A stretch of DNA of 64,000 bases from Cycas panzhihuaensis (lineage: Eukaryota; Plantae; Cycadophyta), in assembly GCA_023213395.1 (NCBI GenBank), contig CM041465.1:101935741-101999740 (forward strand), read 5' to 3'. The position numbers and the translations under genes were made by a program. Below are positions 26,430 through 39,139 of the stretch, piece after piece (the first letter of the stretch is position 1; each line of letters opens with the position of its first letter). The notes below the pieces were generated by a model that ran no database searches, had not been told where the DNA came from, and saw nothing but the letters and a program-made list of their open reading frames with translations.

Positions 26430-26722
26430 ATCATGTTAAACCATTCTACGGAGAACAGTTATATGGGACTACCCACCTAACTCACTGTATTGAATACTAG
26501 ATAGAATACGGGAATTGGGATAAAAACCAATGGCAACAAGATTTGGTATTGACCTTATGGGGAACGGCTTGGTATTGGTACCTAGCCCACCAAACCATTC
26601 TTAAAAATTGGAAAGAGTTACAGACGATGTTTCGAATTTGATTCGACCATCCAAAATAGTTAGACACCCCATTATTCTATGTAGAAGAAATTTTGTCTAC
26701 AAGACAGTGGCAACAGAAGTAG
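26430..26722 (+). pseudogene. Second gag/capsid-like domain downstream of the protease in element D
   Basis: Reading through the TAG at 26498-26500: VKPFYGEQLYGTTHLTHCIEY*IEYGNWDKNQWQQDLVLTLWGTAWYWYLAHQTILKNWKELQTMFRI*F. Confidence 0.65.
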
Positions 26723-26813
26723 GCTTGAGATGGGGAGGGGGAGAAATACCCTAAATTTTGAAAAATTTTATTAAGCAAGGATGCTTAAACCCTTCATATT
26801 GACTAGGGATAGA

Positions 26814-27639
26814 TGTTGGAGTATAATGTGACACGCTGGGCTATGGGCAACCAGAGAGGAGTCGATTTTCCTTGGACTGTGTAGGTATAGACTGTACAAA
26901 AGTATGCATGCAGTGAAAAATGAAGAATTCAACATTCTGGGTACGTATGATAGGTGCATACCTAGTAAGGTACGCAACACAGATACGTACCTCCGGACAG
27001 AACGTAAGTGAACAGGATTGGTATGCATGGAAAGACTGGACAGAAGGGAGCCTGGAGTAATGTTAGACGTATGTACAGATGTACGGATGAGTTAAGATAG
27101 TGATTAAGGAATCTAACCAATGGTTAGGAAGAGGTACGCATGATGGAAAAGGTACGGTTATGACATACACTCATAACCCTTCAGCGAAAAGACACCAAGG
27201 AGCGTATTTATGTGACTTCCTAAGGACCATTCAGTTAGGGTGAGAGCCGAGTATACCAGCATACATTGGTACACATGACAGCAGCCTGAAGTCGTGTATT
27301 TGATGGGTACCTCCTAGGTACGTATGTGACAAAGTTAGTGTATAAGGCTGGAATGCACAAGGAATGCATTCCAGCACCTTATGTAAAGAAATATTGCTTA
27401 ATAAAATAAGAAGTTACATGGAAAACTGTGTATTCTCTGTGTTTATAAGGATGGAATATTGAATATGTGTTGATTTCTATGCTACTGTGTACTGTTGTGA
27501 TATAATTATGTGGAAATATTAAATAATCTATGGAATGTATGTGGATAACTATGCTGACTGTATCCTAACTAGACTATAGCCTATATAACCTTGATAAGTA
27601 TACCTTTCCCATAAGTGCAATGGGAAATCTGAGTCAACA
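26814..27639 (+). repeat. 3' LTR of element D (826 bp)
   Basis: TGTTGG...TCAACA; colinear with the 5' LTR. Confidence 0.95.
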
Positions 27640-27644
27640 ATTTA

Positions 27645-28531
27645 AGCAAGTACCTACAGTATGGTACTCTAAGATTGATAAATATTTTAAGAATAAAAGA
27701 TTCCAAAGAAATCAACTTGATCTAAATTTATACATCAAATTGCAAGGAAGCTCTATACTCATTGTGGGCTTATATGTTGATGATTGGGTTTACATTAGGA
27801 ATAGTAAACACTTGTCCCAAATATTTAAAAAGGATATGTGCAAGGAATTTGAGATGACAAACTTGAGACTAATGCATTACTTCTTAGGCATAGAAGTTTT
27901 GCAAGATGAAAAAGGAATATTTATTTCCGAAAGGAAATATACATTGGACCTATTACATAAGTTTGACATGAGTAGTTACAAGCCACTTGTAACTCTAGTA
28001 AAAGTTGGCTTAAAGTTAAGTTTAAAGAATTAGAATCAATTGATCATATACTCTATAGGTAATTAATTAGGAGTTTAATTTACTTGACTTCAACTCAACT
28101 AGATATCATATATGCAATCAGTGTAGTTTCTAGATTTATGCATGAGCCTAAAACAAAACATTAGCAAGTAGCCAAAAGAGTTCTTAGCATATAAAGGGTA
28201 CAATTAGATACATATTACATTACAGGTCATCAAGGGACTACAAATTGGTTGGTTATATAAAATTAGACTAGGCAGGTTATGTAGAAGATAGGAAATATAC
28301 CTCTAGTCATATATTTATTATAGGTTTAGTTGCAGTTGCATTTAATTCAAAGAAACTTACCACAATATCCCTATTTACTATAGAAGTATAGTATAAAGTA
28401 GCTATAGCAAGAGCATGTGAAATAGTTTAGTTTAAAAGATTACTACAAGATTTACGTGAAGAATGAATCGGTCTCACTTAGTTGCTTTGTGATAATTAAA
28501 GCACAATTTAAATAACTAAGAATCTAATGTT
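27645..28531 (+). pseudogene. pol: Element B RT C-terminus and RNase H
   Basis: KQVPTVWYSKIDKYF; GLYVDD; MHYFLGIEV; LLCDN.ST. Confidence 0.9.
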
Positions 28532-28911
28532 TGGAACATATCTTCTCACAATTACTCCCTAAGATAGTAGAAAAATGACAATTGTAACCACTTTATTATA
28601 TCCAATGGGGCAACTAAATTATAGAAAATCTCATAAGAACACAAGAGTGCCAAATGATCACCAAAATAGAGAGTACCGCAGCATAATCTTTATAAAATAT
28701 AACATCAAGCTACCCATCGTTTATAATCTATGACCTTTATATAGATAAAAGAGGGTTTTTTACATGCAATCCTATTGATGACCTAAGCGGCCTTACATTC
28801 TATTGGACAACATAGCAACCTTGCATACCATTAGCTAACTTATCAGCTCATGTACAAAGTTCCATAATTAACCTTATCTCAAAACCTCTTAGTGAGATGA
28901 GTTATGTAATA
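28532..28911 (-). repeat. 3' LTR of element E
   Basis: Direct repeat of 34864-35278, which has a ~35-bp insertion near 35221-35255. Confidence 0.92.
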
Positions 28912-28924
28912 GGTCCCCTCCCTT

Positions 28925-31900
28925 GAGATATTGAGTCCTTAAGGCATTTGATATGTGGGTGCTTCTTGATAAAATCATCGGATTCTTAAGTTACTTCATT
29001 AGAGTTACAGCTTGTCCACTATATTAAATATTCTAAAATAGACTGATTCTAGAGATAGCATTGTCTATTAGCCAATATACATTTTGGAGGTATGGTCAGG
29101 GTTTTCTCTTCATCTAAAATTAATAAGGTTATCTAGGGGATATGGGTTTTGCTCAGACACTTTTGGGGATAAGATATGTGAAAAACATTATGGATGTTGG
29201 TGGTGGGAGGAAGGTCAAGAGTATATGCAACTTTACTAATACATTTAAGGACTTTATATGGGCCATAATATTGAGGGCTAAGTTTGTGATTCTTATGATG
29301 GTGAAGGGATTGCTTCTTATAAGGTTGTAGACGAAGGAATACAAGATCACCAATATTGAAGGAGTGATTAAAATGTGGCAGCCTACTAATTATTTCATTT
29401 GATTCTGGGCTATAAATAGGTTTTATTTAAGGGTATGGAGAATTTGGTCCATGTGCTACAATTTTTATTATACTACTACCGTGCAAAGGTTGGTAGCCAA
29501 GGTATGGTGGGACGGTAAAGGATATCTATAGAGAGCCAAAAATGGGGGCATTCCAATGGTTGAATGATGTGAAGAGTTGTACCAATGCTCAGCTAGGGCT
29601 AGCCATGATGTTCATTTAGATTGGTGGTTAGATGTAAAGCAACGTAAGTAGGCCTCTAGGGTTTTATTAAGGACCTTTGATTGGCCATCAATCTATGGAT
29701 GGTATGCCGAGCTCATATTAAATGATATTCCTGATGCCCAAAATAGCTCCTACCAGAAAGAGCTAGTGAACTTAGGATCTTGGTCAAATACGATAGTAGA
29801 TGGAAAACTATGTAAGCGAAATATTATTTGGAGGTAAATATCAGTGATACGTAGAGGCTTATAGGTTATATGGACATGTAAGAAGTGGACATATTTTGTC
29901 AACCTATCTATGACTACTAAAATAGAGTTAGATCCAGTAGATAATAGTAAGCTTGTTATAAAGTCCATGGTAATATCTTACCATTTACCTTATGGGATGT
30001 ACAACAGTTGAAGGAGGCTTGGTTAGGGTTTCATATTAGCTTTGTTACGTTGGAATGTGTTGCATTTAAAGATAAAGATAAGGATGGTGGATTTCATGTC
30101 TGGCCAAAAGAAGTCAGACCATATCCTACTATAAGTTTTATTAAAACTAGGATGACCACCAAGAGGGGAAGAATGGTATTTTGATAAAATTTGAGAAATG
30201 AAAACTGAGTGGGAATGTACGAATATATGATTTTGGTATAAGAGAAGATTATTATATATGGACCAATACTTGTGAGTGTGGACCTTATCAGCCCAGTGTG
30301 AGAAATCTAGTTGGGAGCCATGGCTAAGCCATGTATCCACATTGGTTGTGGGGAAGAAATAGCATGAATGGTGGGGTCTTGAGTGTGATAGGTGTTATCA
30401 TTTAATGTGGGGGAAGGTAGCCTTGAGAGAGCATCTACTATAATGTTATCTATCCCATTTTTATATGTTATTGTAAAGTCAAAAATTTGAAGGTAGTTAA
30501 CCCACCTAACCTACTCTTCCAAGAGCACTAGTTGATCTAGTAAGTGGCGAAAGTTATGATGATCAGTGAGGATAGTAAATTTAGAACCGAGTAGATAATA
30601 TCACCATTTATTGACAGCATGAATGATGACCCACATTTCTTTTTTATAGGTAGATAGTCTACACTTATGATCTTTGAGTTTTCGACTTTCAAAGGCAATG
30701 GGGTGGAAGTCCTACATTAAGATTACACCCAGTCCAAACCAGAGGTATTGCATTCTAATTGAAATGGTTGAGTAAAGTCAGGTGAGGCCAAAATTGGGGT
30801 GGTTGTCATGGCCTCCTTTAAATGGAGAAAGGTCTCATTCGTTAAGGGAGACCACTGAAAGGAATCCTTCTGAAGTAAATGGGTTAAAGGGGTGGTTAGT
30901 GTGGCATACTTTTGAACGAACCAATAATAAAATCTGGTAAGCCCTAGGAAAGCTTGTAATTTGGTAAGGGCTTTTGGGGTTGGCTAATTGGTGATGACAG
31001 AAATTTTATCATAATCCATCGGAACCCTTACAAAGGATACAATATGACTAAGGTATTGTAGTTCTAATTTCCCAAACTTACATTTGGAGAGTTTAGCATA
31101 TAATTTATTTTTAACTAAGATTTGAAAGACCATTTCCAGATGCGAGATATAAGCAAGCACATTTGAGCTATAGATAAGAATATTGTCGAAGAAGATAATG
31201 ATAAATTTTTGCAGATATAGGAAAAATATCTTATTCATGAGGGCTTGGAAGGTAGTCGGTATATTATGTAGGCCAAAGGGCATGACCTAGAATTCAAAGT
31301 AGCCATAGTAGGTTCAGAAAGCCATTTTATGTTGACCCTCTAGTAAGATAGGGATTCAGTAATATCCTAACTGTAAATTGAGTTTGGTAAAAAATACAAT
31401 GCCATGGATCTCATCTAACATATCATCGATTTGTGGCATGGAGAACTTATTTTTTATAGTGATTTTGTTGAGTGTATGATAATCAATGTAAAGTTAGAAA
31501 GAGCCATACTTTTTACAAACTAGAACAATGGGTGTAGTATATATGCTTTTACTAGGTTTGATGATGCCCATATCCATTAATTCCATAGTGATTTTTTTTA
31601 TTTTATTTTTTTAGAAATAAGATTTCCTATATGTTCAAAGACTAATTAGGTCATGTAAATTTTGTAACTTAATAGTGTGATAGCAACCTTGATCAGGCGA
31701 GGGACTGGTAGGTAACAGAGCAAATATAGTTTGGTATCGATCTAATACTTGTTGGATATCAAGGTAAATACCAGAGTGGGCCTGGATATGGTTGAGATGA
31801 ATGATATATTCTATATTACCATTAAGTTTATGGCACATTCAAGTGGGTGAGATTACTTTGTTTAGGGGGGATTATATCCCATAAAGTTTATGTGAGAAGC

Positions 31901-33300
31901 CCATGTGATCTTTGAATATAATGAATGAGGTTGTAAGTGAGTTATTAGTGCTATAAGTTCCTAGAGTCTAGAGCCACTATATGCCAAGAATTACATCAAA
32001 CCCACCTATGGACAAGGTATAAAAATCAAAGACAAGGGTATATGAGCCAATGTAAATCGTGAGGTTTTTTATTATTCCTGCATAGTGAAGGGTGTGATGA
32101 CCAGGTAAGGAGTAAGTAAAGCCTATTTTAGGTTCTATATAAAGATTTAGCTATTGATCAATAGATATATTGATGAAATTTAGTGATGCACCTTCATCAA
32201 TCAAAATAGTAATTGGGGTTTTTTGAAGTATTCCTTTGACTTAGAGCAGTTCTAAACATGCAATGGAGGTAACGGTTGATAAGGAAACTTCAAGTTCAGG
32301 ATTTGGAGGCTGCCCATTAGTAGAGTGGTCTTGGGGTTCATCATCATAATCATGCTCAGTCTTAAGGTCATCCTCTAAAGATAAGTCAAGGTTAATTATA
32401 AAGACCATCTTCTTGGCTTTGTAAATTTTATCGTAACCAAAGGTCCATTTTTTAAAACATTACATACATAGATAAGCTTCCTGAGGATGTTGTGCCTCTA
32501 CTACAGTGATGTGGATGGACTTTGAGGATGGTTCCTCAGTGCATTGCTTGAGAGATGTAGATGGAATATCATCTGGTCATGGGCATGATCATTGGTAGTC
32601 AATTGGGTGTGGTCTTTAGGACCAGGCAGTATCAGCATGTCAGGGTTGCAGAAATTAGGTGGAGTCTCGTCTAAATGGAGGAGGCCTTTCTGAACCAAAA
32701 TCTACTTCTACTGCTTTAACCATGTTGATTACATATTTTAGAGTGGATAGAGATATCATCTTCAAGTGTATTTAGATACATTCTTTAAGCTTAGACACAT
32801 ACGTATCTATCTTTGTCTATTTATTAAGTTACTAATCAACTTGATTACATGGAGATTAGAACTCATCAATGTATACTTCGATAGAGGATACTTTTTTCAA
32901 CTATGATAGTTATGTGAAAAACGATTAGTTCTAAGTGTCTTCACACTACTCAAAAAAATAGGTAGAGTGTACCCAAGACTTACTAGAAGGGTACTCTCAC
33001 TTCTACCATCGAAACTAATGGTGTGCCTTCCCATTAAAGTGGATAAAAGTAAATGTAAGTTGTTCATTTACTAACATTGGGTTGAGTGTGAAATATAACT
33101 CTAGTTTACTAATCTAACTTTGCATGGTGTCCTTGTTGAGATCTAGATTGAATATAGGTATGTTGATCTTATGATGAAATGGTTACTGCTGACATGGAGA
33201 TAGAGTCAAGGTTTGCTATGGTGTGGGGCTAATTGAAGAGGAGGTTGTTGGTTACTGAGTAGAGATGTTTTTTAGTTGTTGAAGTACTTATTATATATCA
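28925..33300 (-). pseudogene. gag-pol: Element E gag-pol with C-terminal chromodomain
   Basis: Protease ILIDEGASLNFI near 32190; RT MPFGLHNIPTTFQ..FFDNILIYS; integrase HSSPLGGHP and MDFITSL..VVIDRLTKYVHF; chromodomain PKCIL..EYLI*WT....VT*ES near 28980-29090. Confidence 0.92.
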
Positions 33301-33885
33301 GACTGAGATACCAGGGTTGACATATTTATGTAAAATTATGCCTGTACAATAGCTACTTTATTTTTAACCTCCTCATACATGTGGTCTAAATCTAGCTTGA
33401 TTTTTCTTGAATGTTAGTGACTTAGGTCTTGAATGTAGAGATTTTATCACTATTGCTTGGAGGAGCTATTGAGAAAGGGCATAAAGAGGCAGGAATAGGT
33501 AGAATAAAGGAGAAATAAACGAAGTGGAAAAGATCAAGAAAGAATGAGATGTAAGAATTAAGGAGTTGTTAAGGAGGAGTGTGGGGTGTCTATAGCCTGT
33601 TTACCCAAAAATTTACATAAACAAGATGTTTATTTCACTTAAACAAGTACAAAAAGCTTATTCAAATGGGGTATATGAGGTGTGGGGGTGGTGGGACCCA
33701 CTAGTGACCCAGGTACTGAAAAACATAAAAACTACTTATATGTGATAACCTAGTATAAACTGACCAGTACGATGTGTTGATCAAATTGAGGTATATAGGT
33801 TTTAAGGGTAATTTTCAGTTGTGAAGTTACACCGTGAAGAGTGACTAAGTGGAGTTTTTTTTTAATTTGTTCTTCTTCTTTATTT

Positions 33886-33906
33886 CTTTCTCTCTCTCTT
33901 TTCTTT

Positions 33907-33960
<54 letters not shown>
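33886..33960. repeat. (CT)n/(AG)n microsatellite in the 5' UTR of element E
   Basis: Long CT dinucleotide run. Confidence 0.95.
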
Positions 33961-33961
<1 letters not shown>

Positions 33962-34584
33962 CCTAGTGAGTTTGACTATGTTGATAGGTTCTGAGTTCAA
34001 GCAGTAAGTGAATTTTTCTTTTTTTCCTCCAAAATATGATGTGACTCATGATCTGAATTAGAAAGTAGAGTATAGATAATAGAGTATCCTACCAACCACT
34101 AAACAAGTTGTGCTTGATCCTATAGGTCTACTAATAAATTGTAGAAGTTTAGGATAGGTAGGTTTGTAGTACTAATTACTAACCACTATGCTATAAGACT
34201 TCAGCGGTTAATAGTTTGCTTATGATAGGAAGGATTTAGGACCTAAAGGGGTCCTCCTATATACCCAAAGGTACGTAGAGGTGCATTTCTATAGCCGGGT
34301 TCTATTTAGGGCTTGGTTTAGAAGTGTTATCTCTAGTTTTTATATAAGAGGTAGAAAACCCATGATGCACTTAGCCAAAACAATAGATCCCTATGATATT
34401 TAAAGACCCTCAGTATAGGGTCTCTACCTAACTACTTAGGTAATTGCCCAACAGTGTTATCTACCTAGGAAAGAGAGATGGGAGAGAGAAAGGTAGCCAC
34501 CCAGTAGTGTTATCTATCCTTGAGACATAATTCAATATAAAAATTAAAATACATAAATAAAATTAAAACTAGATGAAAAGCAGA

Positions 34585-34789
34585 AAGATAAATTATTGAC
34601 ATTACCTATGGGAAGAAATTATCCTTCCCTCACGACATTTGGATTGTTTTGGTATTATTCCTCAATCTTCATGGAGAGAGTACTACATAAAGATAAATTA
34701 TTGACATTACCTAGGGGAAGAAAGTATCCTTCCCTCACGACTTTTGGATTGTTCTGGTATTATTCCTCAATCTTCGTGGAGAGAGTACT
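34585..34789. repeat. Tandem duplication, 2 x ~105 bp, next to the PBS of element E
   Basis: AAGATAAATTATTGACATTACC...GGAGAGAGTACT starts at 34585 and 34690 with about 5 substitutions. Confidence 0.93.
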
Positions 34790-34863
34790 TGATCTAATAA
34801 AAATTTTATTTTTTTAACTTTCTGGGCTACTTCCCACGGTTGTAATGCATCTCTAATACCACT

Positions 34864-35278
34864 TAGGACATATCTTCTCATAGGTGCTTCCTAAGATAGC
34901 ATAAAAATAACAATTGAAACCACTTTATTCTATCCAATAGGGCAAGTAAATTACAGAAAATCTTACAAGAATACAAGAGTGCCAAATGATCACCAAAATA
35001 GAGAGTACCATAGCATAATCTTTATAAAAAGTAATATCAAGTTACCCATATTTTATAATCTATGACCCTTATATAGACAAAATAGGATCTTTTGCATGCA
35101 ATCTTATTAGTATCCTAAGTGGCCTTACATTCTATCAGACAGCATAGCGGCCTTGCATACTATTGGCTAACTTATCGACTCATGCACGAAGTTCCATAAT
35201 TAACCTTATCTCTAAACCTCCTGATAGCTCTTTGCATAATAGTATTTTACATAACTTAGCGAGATGAGTTATTTAATA
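34864..35278 (-). repeat. 5' LTR of element E
   Basis: Adjacent to the PBS; matches 28532-28911. Confidence 0.92.
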
Positions 35279-35649
35279 GTGTTTTATAGCAAGATAAAGT
35301 ACATTGAGGTATAGTATCACTTCATTAGAGAATTTATATAGCAAAGTGAGCTTAAATTGGTCTATTGTAACACAGAAGAATAGGTGGTAAATATATTCAC
35401 AAAGTCACTTGAAAAGATAAAGTTTATCAAATTTAGAGATAAACTTGGAGTCTCCTCAAATAGGAATTATAGAGGAGAAATATTGGAATAATATCTATAT
35501 TAGGGTGCATATCTACCTAGGGTTAATTACCCATGTTAGGGTAATAATCTAGATTAGTAGAGATATCATGGTAGCTCTATGTCAGATCTTAGCCACACTT
35601 TATCAGATATTGGTGGCATACTTTTTAGTATTTATTAATATTAGTCAAT

Positions 35650-37140
35650 GGTAGATTTTGAGCAATATACCACATCTCATTCACGTTTCACCTAATTATT
35701 CATGGGGTCTGAAGACTCTAGTGTTCATCAACACCACCACTCTCATGGATTGATGGTTAATTCATTCATGCATTCTCACTCTATTTCTTCTGTCCCTTGA
35801 TTCCATCAAAAATTCTAGTAAGTCCCAAGTTTTATTTTTCTTCATTACTTAGATTTCAACTTCATAATATCCTTTCATTTTTTCTCTTGATTTGTCTTCT
35901 TAAAAGTTGAAGACTTTTTTATATTGAACACTAATACCACAAGAGCATAATTAACCTCTTTTGTAGGTCTCATATAAGAATTTTACTTTCTTTCAATATC
36001 TTCAAATACTATTTAAACAATTTATTAGATGGAAGAATGATTTCAAATTAAGCATCCTCAAAATCTTCCTTTTCCTCCTCCTTATTAGTCAATGCATTGA
36101 TTGGTTGTGTCTCTAGTATGATAATTTCTCTTAAAAAACTTGATTAAGGTTATTTCTCTATTTATTTTCACATGTCCTTTTATATTTGCAATGAACTCAA
36201 ATTTATTCTCTTGTTATCTTATTTAATGATGATGCCACGAATTCTATGCATCCTTTTGGTTTTTAACTCATGCACACAATGAGCTTTTCTAACCCCATTA
36301 TACTCAATAAAAATGCACTAGGAACTTTTATCATCAATTTTTTGTTGTTTCTCTTTTAGAATATGCATTATTCTATGTACTTAAAGATTATAAGATGGTT
36401 CATTAGAGGTGTTTATCCATGCCTCATAAGGTAGATAGCCTTTGTAAAATTCTTATTTCTTAAGTAAGTTATCATGTATAAAATGTCAGGCTAAAAATAT
36501 TTTAACAAAGTCTTAGTCTTTATTATTGACTTGTCCTTTTTTACCAAAGTCTTGCTCATCCTCTCTGCCACCCCATTTTGTTATGGTGTATGTCTTATGA
36601 TTCCATGATTTTTATAGTACCGATTAATTTTTTTGGAGGTATATTCACACCATTATCAGATCTAAGGATCTTCAACTTATATTCACTTTTATTTTTACCT
36701 TCCTCTTTGAATTCTTTGAAAATATCCAAGCCCTAAAAATTTTCTTTTATGGGATAAACCTAATCTTTCCTTATGAAATCATAATAAATGTCAAAAAAGT
36801 ATTTTGCACCTCCAAGTTATAATTGGTCTATAAATATTAGAGTAAATTAATTCTAACTTCTCCTTCATATTTTAGGATTTATGTTTTCAAAATTTCCCTA
36901 ATGTTTCTTGTCCATCATGTATGTTTTACTCAAATTATTTTTAGTTATAAGTTTTGATAGACCATGCACTATATCTAATTTAAATATGAACTAAAGATGA
37001 GGATGATGCAAATGTCTCATGTGTTTATACCATAATTGATTCTTTATAATTACATTATTAGTGAATGCTCTCTAATTAATAAATTTTCCTTTCAATCTAT
37101 AAATTATTGGCTTTGATATTAATATATTAGAAATTTAGCA
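35650..37140 (-). mobile_element. Copia GAG-pre-integrase/integrase fragment
   Basis: Minus-strand HTP*QNGVAER (36560-36595), ILRSDNGVN (~36650), HLHHPH (~37000). Confidence 0.82.
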
Positions 37141-37493
37141 TGTAGTTATAATACAATAATGTTGAGTGACTAGAATACAGAAGCAATGACATATAAGATG
37201 GACTTAACTAAGAGATGAAATGAATAGCGAGGTAAGTGATAAATAGATCAAATAAAACATAGATGAAATATTTATAAATATGAATGTATTATAGATATGG
37301 AAGAATGACCAATTTTCATCTTATTTAAAGAATTAAACACATATTTATAATACAACTCACCTCATATGGAGAACCCTCAAAATCAACCTATGTGTATCGT
37401 CACACTTTTTAAGTGGCACATATAACTAGATGATTGTAATATAAAATTTACAAATATTGAAAGAATGTGAATAGAGATTGGAATGCCATCTAA

Positions 37494-37895
37494 TGTAATT
37501 AGATATTACCATCCAATGTTCCTATAGTAGACTTGTCCTTCACTACACCTTTAAATCTACAAATAAAAATAACAAACCAAGGAAATAGATATGAAAATGC
37601 AATAGAGATAGAGATAAAAAGTACCAAAAAGAGTACATTGTAGTGTTTATATAAATAAACTAATATTTGATTTAACCAAAAGTCTATTTTACAATGCATA
37701 GGATAATGTATTATAATAATAAGAGCTCACCCGTAATAATCTAATTATTTTTAATCCTACCACTAATTAACTCTTAATGTTGACATACATCTAACATACC
37801 TTATCTTCTATTTCCTTTATAATTTAATTGGCATAACTCTAACCCTATTACTCTAACCCCTAATGGTAAGGATCACCACATGCCCTCCCCCCATA
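37494..37895 (-). mobile_element. Probable 3' LTR and PPT of a minus-strand Gypsy-type remnant
   Basis: Reverse complement GGGGGGAGGGCA|TGTGG at 37876-37892; the left boundary is a guess. Confidence 0.4.
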
Positions 37896-39139
37896 GATAT
37901 TTTTCCTTTAAAGCCTATGAATGTATGAATACATAAGACTACCACCTCTTCTTACTACTAAAATATCTAAGGTAGATGCATCATCCTTGTGATAAAGCAT
38001 GGAGATTATTGTTAGACCTATTATTGGAAGAAAATAATATTCTGTGTATACATTTCCTACTGAATGGAAATATATATAAAGAAGTATAGCCCTTGTTATT
38101 GGCTATCATCATGAAAGAAATAAGGGCCCATGGTATAATAAATTGGAAATCCAAATACATATGTAAAGTGTAGAATAATGAGTTTTCCCCAATCACACCA
38201 AGATTATATTTATTAGAAGAGAAAATGTTCAAATTACCACCTTGAAGAGGAAAAGAGTCTTCCCTATCATTCAAAATTTTGCTTTCTTTAATAAGCATCA
38301 CATTGTCTTCTTCTAAGGTGATGGACTTTAGGTTGATCACACTATTATTTTGTGGATATGTAAGCAAAGGGACTTCAACATGCTTGTATAAAGTTGTTGA
38401 AAAGAAAAATTTTATCCCAATCATTAAAGATTTAAGAGATTTAGTTTCATTAGCCCATGTCATAAAAATGATTGGTATGACTACTTAAAGTGTTGGCAAA
38501 CTTGAAAAAGCTTTGTAAAATAACTCAATTTAATATTATAATATTTTAAAATATTATAATATCAAAATTTTAATTATTATTCTAATTTATCCTATGTGTG
38601 AGTGGAGTGTAACTTATGGAGCTACATTCAATCAATAGAGGGGAAATCCTCCATAGAATTAGATGAAACTCTAGAAATGACCAAATGAGATCTTAATATA
38701 TACACTAGAGCAGATGGAATAGAGAAATATCATTTGTACATTTACCAATTCATTGTTGAAGTTTTGGAAGGGTGTATGACCATTTAGAATGATTATGATC
38801 AAAACAGAGCTAATAACTCTTTAAACATAATAGAATATAGAGCGTAATATGTGAAGATACATCTCACAAAAGTATAGCACTTCAATAAACTACCCAATAA
38901 TTAGATCCATGCATAAATAAGTACCCAAGCTAGGGTTTAAATATTAAATTCTACCAACTCAATAATTTATATAAAATTCTCATTATGGATTTAAATTCTT
39001 CATCAATCTAACTATAAAACAACTAAAAGAGTTAATAAAATCAAAAGAAAACTTGAAATAGTAATACCAAAGTAATTTTAAACATTTCTAATGAGTTTAT
39101 CCTTTATAAAAAAACATAAAACATGTATGTATTCTAAAC

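Larger units (their letters stand above)
22373..27639 (+). mobile_element. Non-autonomous Gypsy-type LTR element D (gag + protease, no RT/RH/INT; TR-GAG-like)
   Basis: LTRs 22373-23210 and 26814-27639 (T[G/A]TT...CAACA); TSD ACTTA/ATTTA (22368-22372, 27640-27644); PBS TGGTTCTGTTACC at 23212-23224; PPT AGGGATAGA; 3.6-kb internal region. Confidence 0.93.
28532..35278 (-). mobile_element. Full-length Ty3/Gypsy chromovirus element E (Reina-like)
   Basis: LTRs 28532-28911 and 34864-35278; TSD ATGTT/GTGTT; Met PBS 34851-34861; PPT (reverse complement AAGGGAGGGG) near 28914-28924; minus-strand GAG-PR-RT-RH-INT-chromodomain. Confidence 0.93.
11750..35640 (+). mobile_element. Ty1/Copia element B (host), split into four pieces by insertions C, D and E
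   Basis: gag/PR/GAG-pre-INT 11750-13473; INT-RT 21074-22372; RT-RH 27645-28531; RH end 35284-35465; PPT AGAGGAGAAA 35471-35480, then an LTR start. Motifs rejoin across each TSD (PSLGG; KKTLY(G)L|KQ; KN(P)VF|(H)S). No 5' LTR found; 3' LTR end uncertain. Confidence 0.9.

Noticed and set aside
37981-38463. 160-aa minus-strand ORF
   Set aside because: No recognisable domain; lies in a degenerate retroelement-like internal region.
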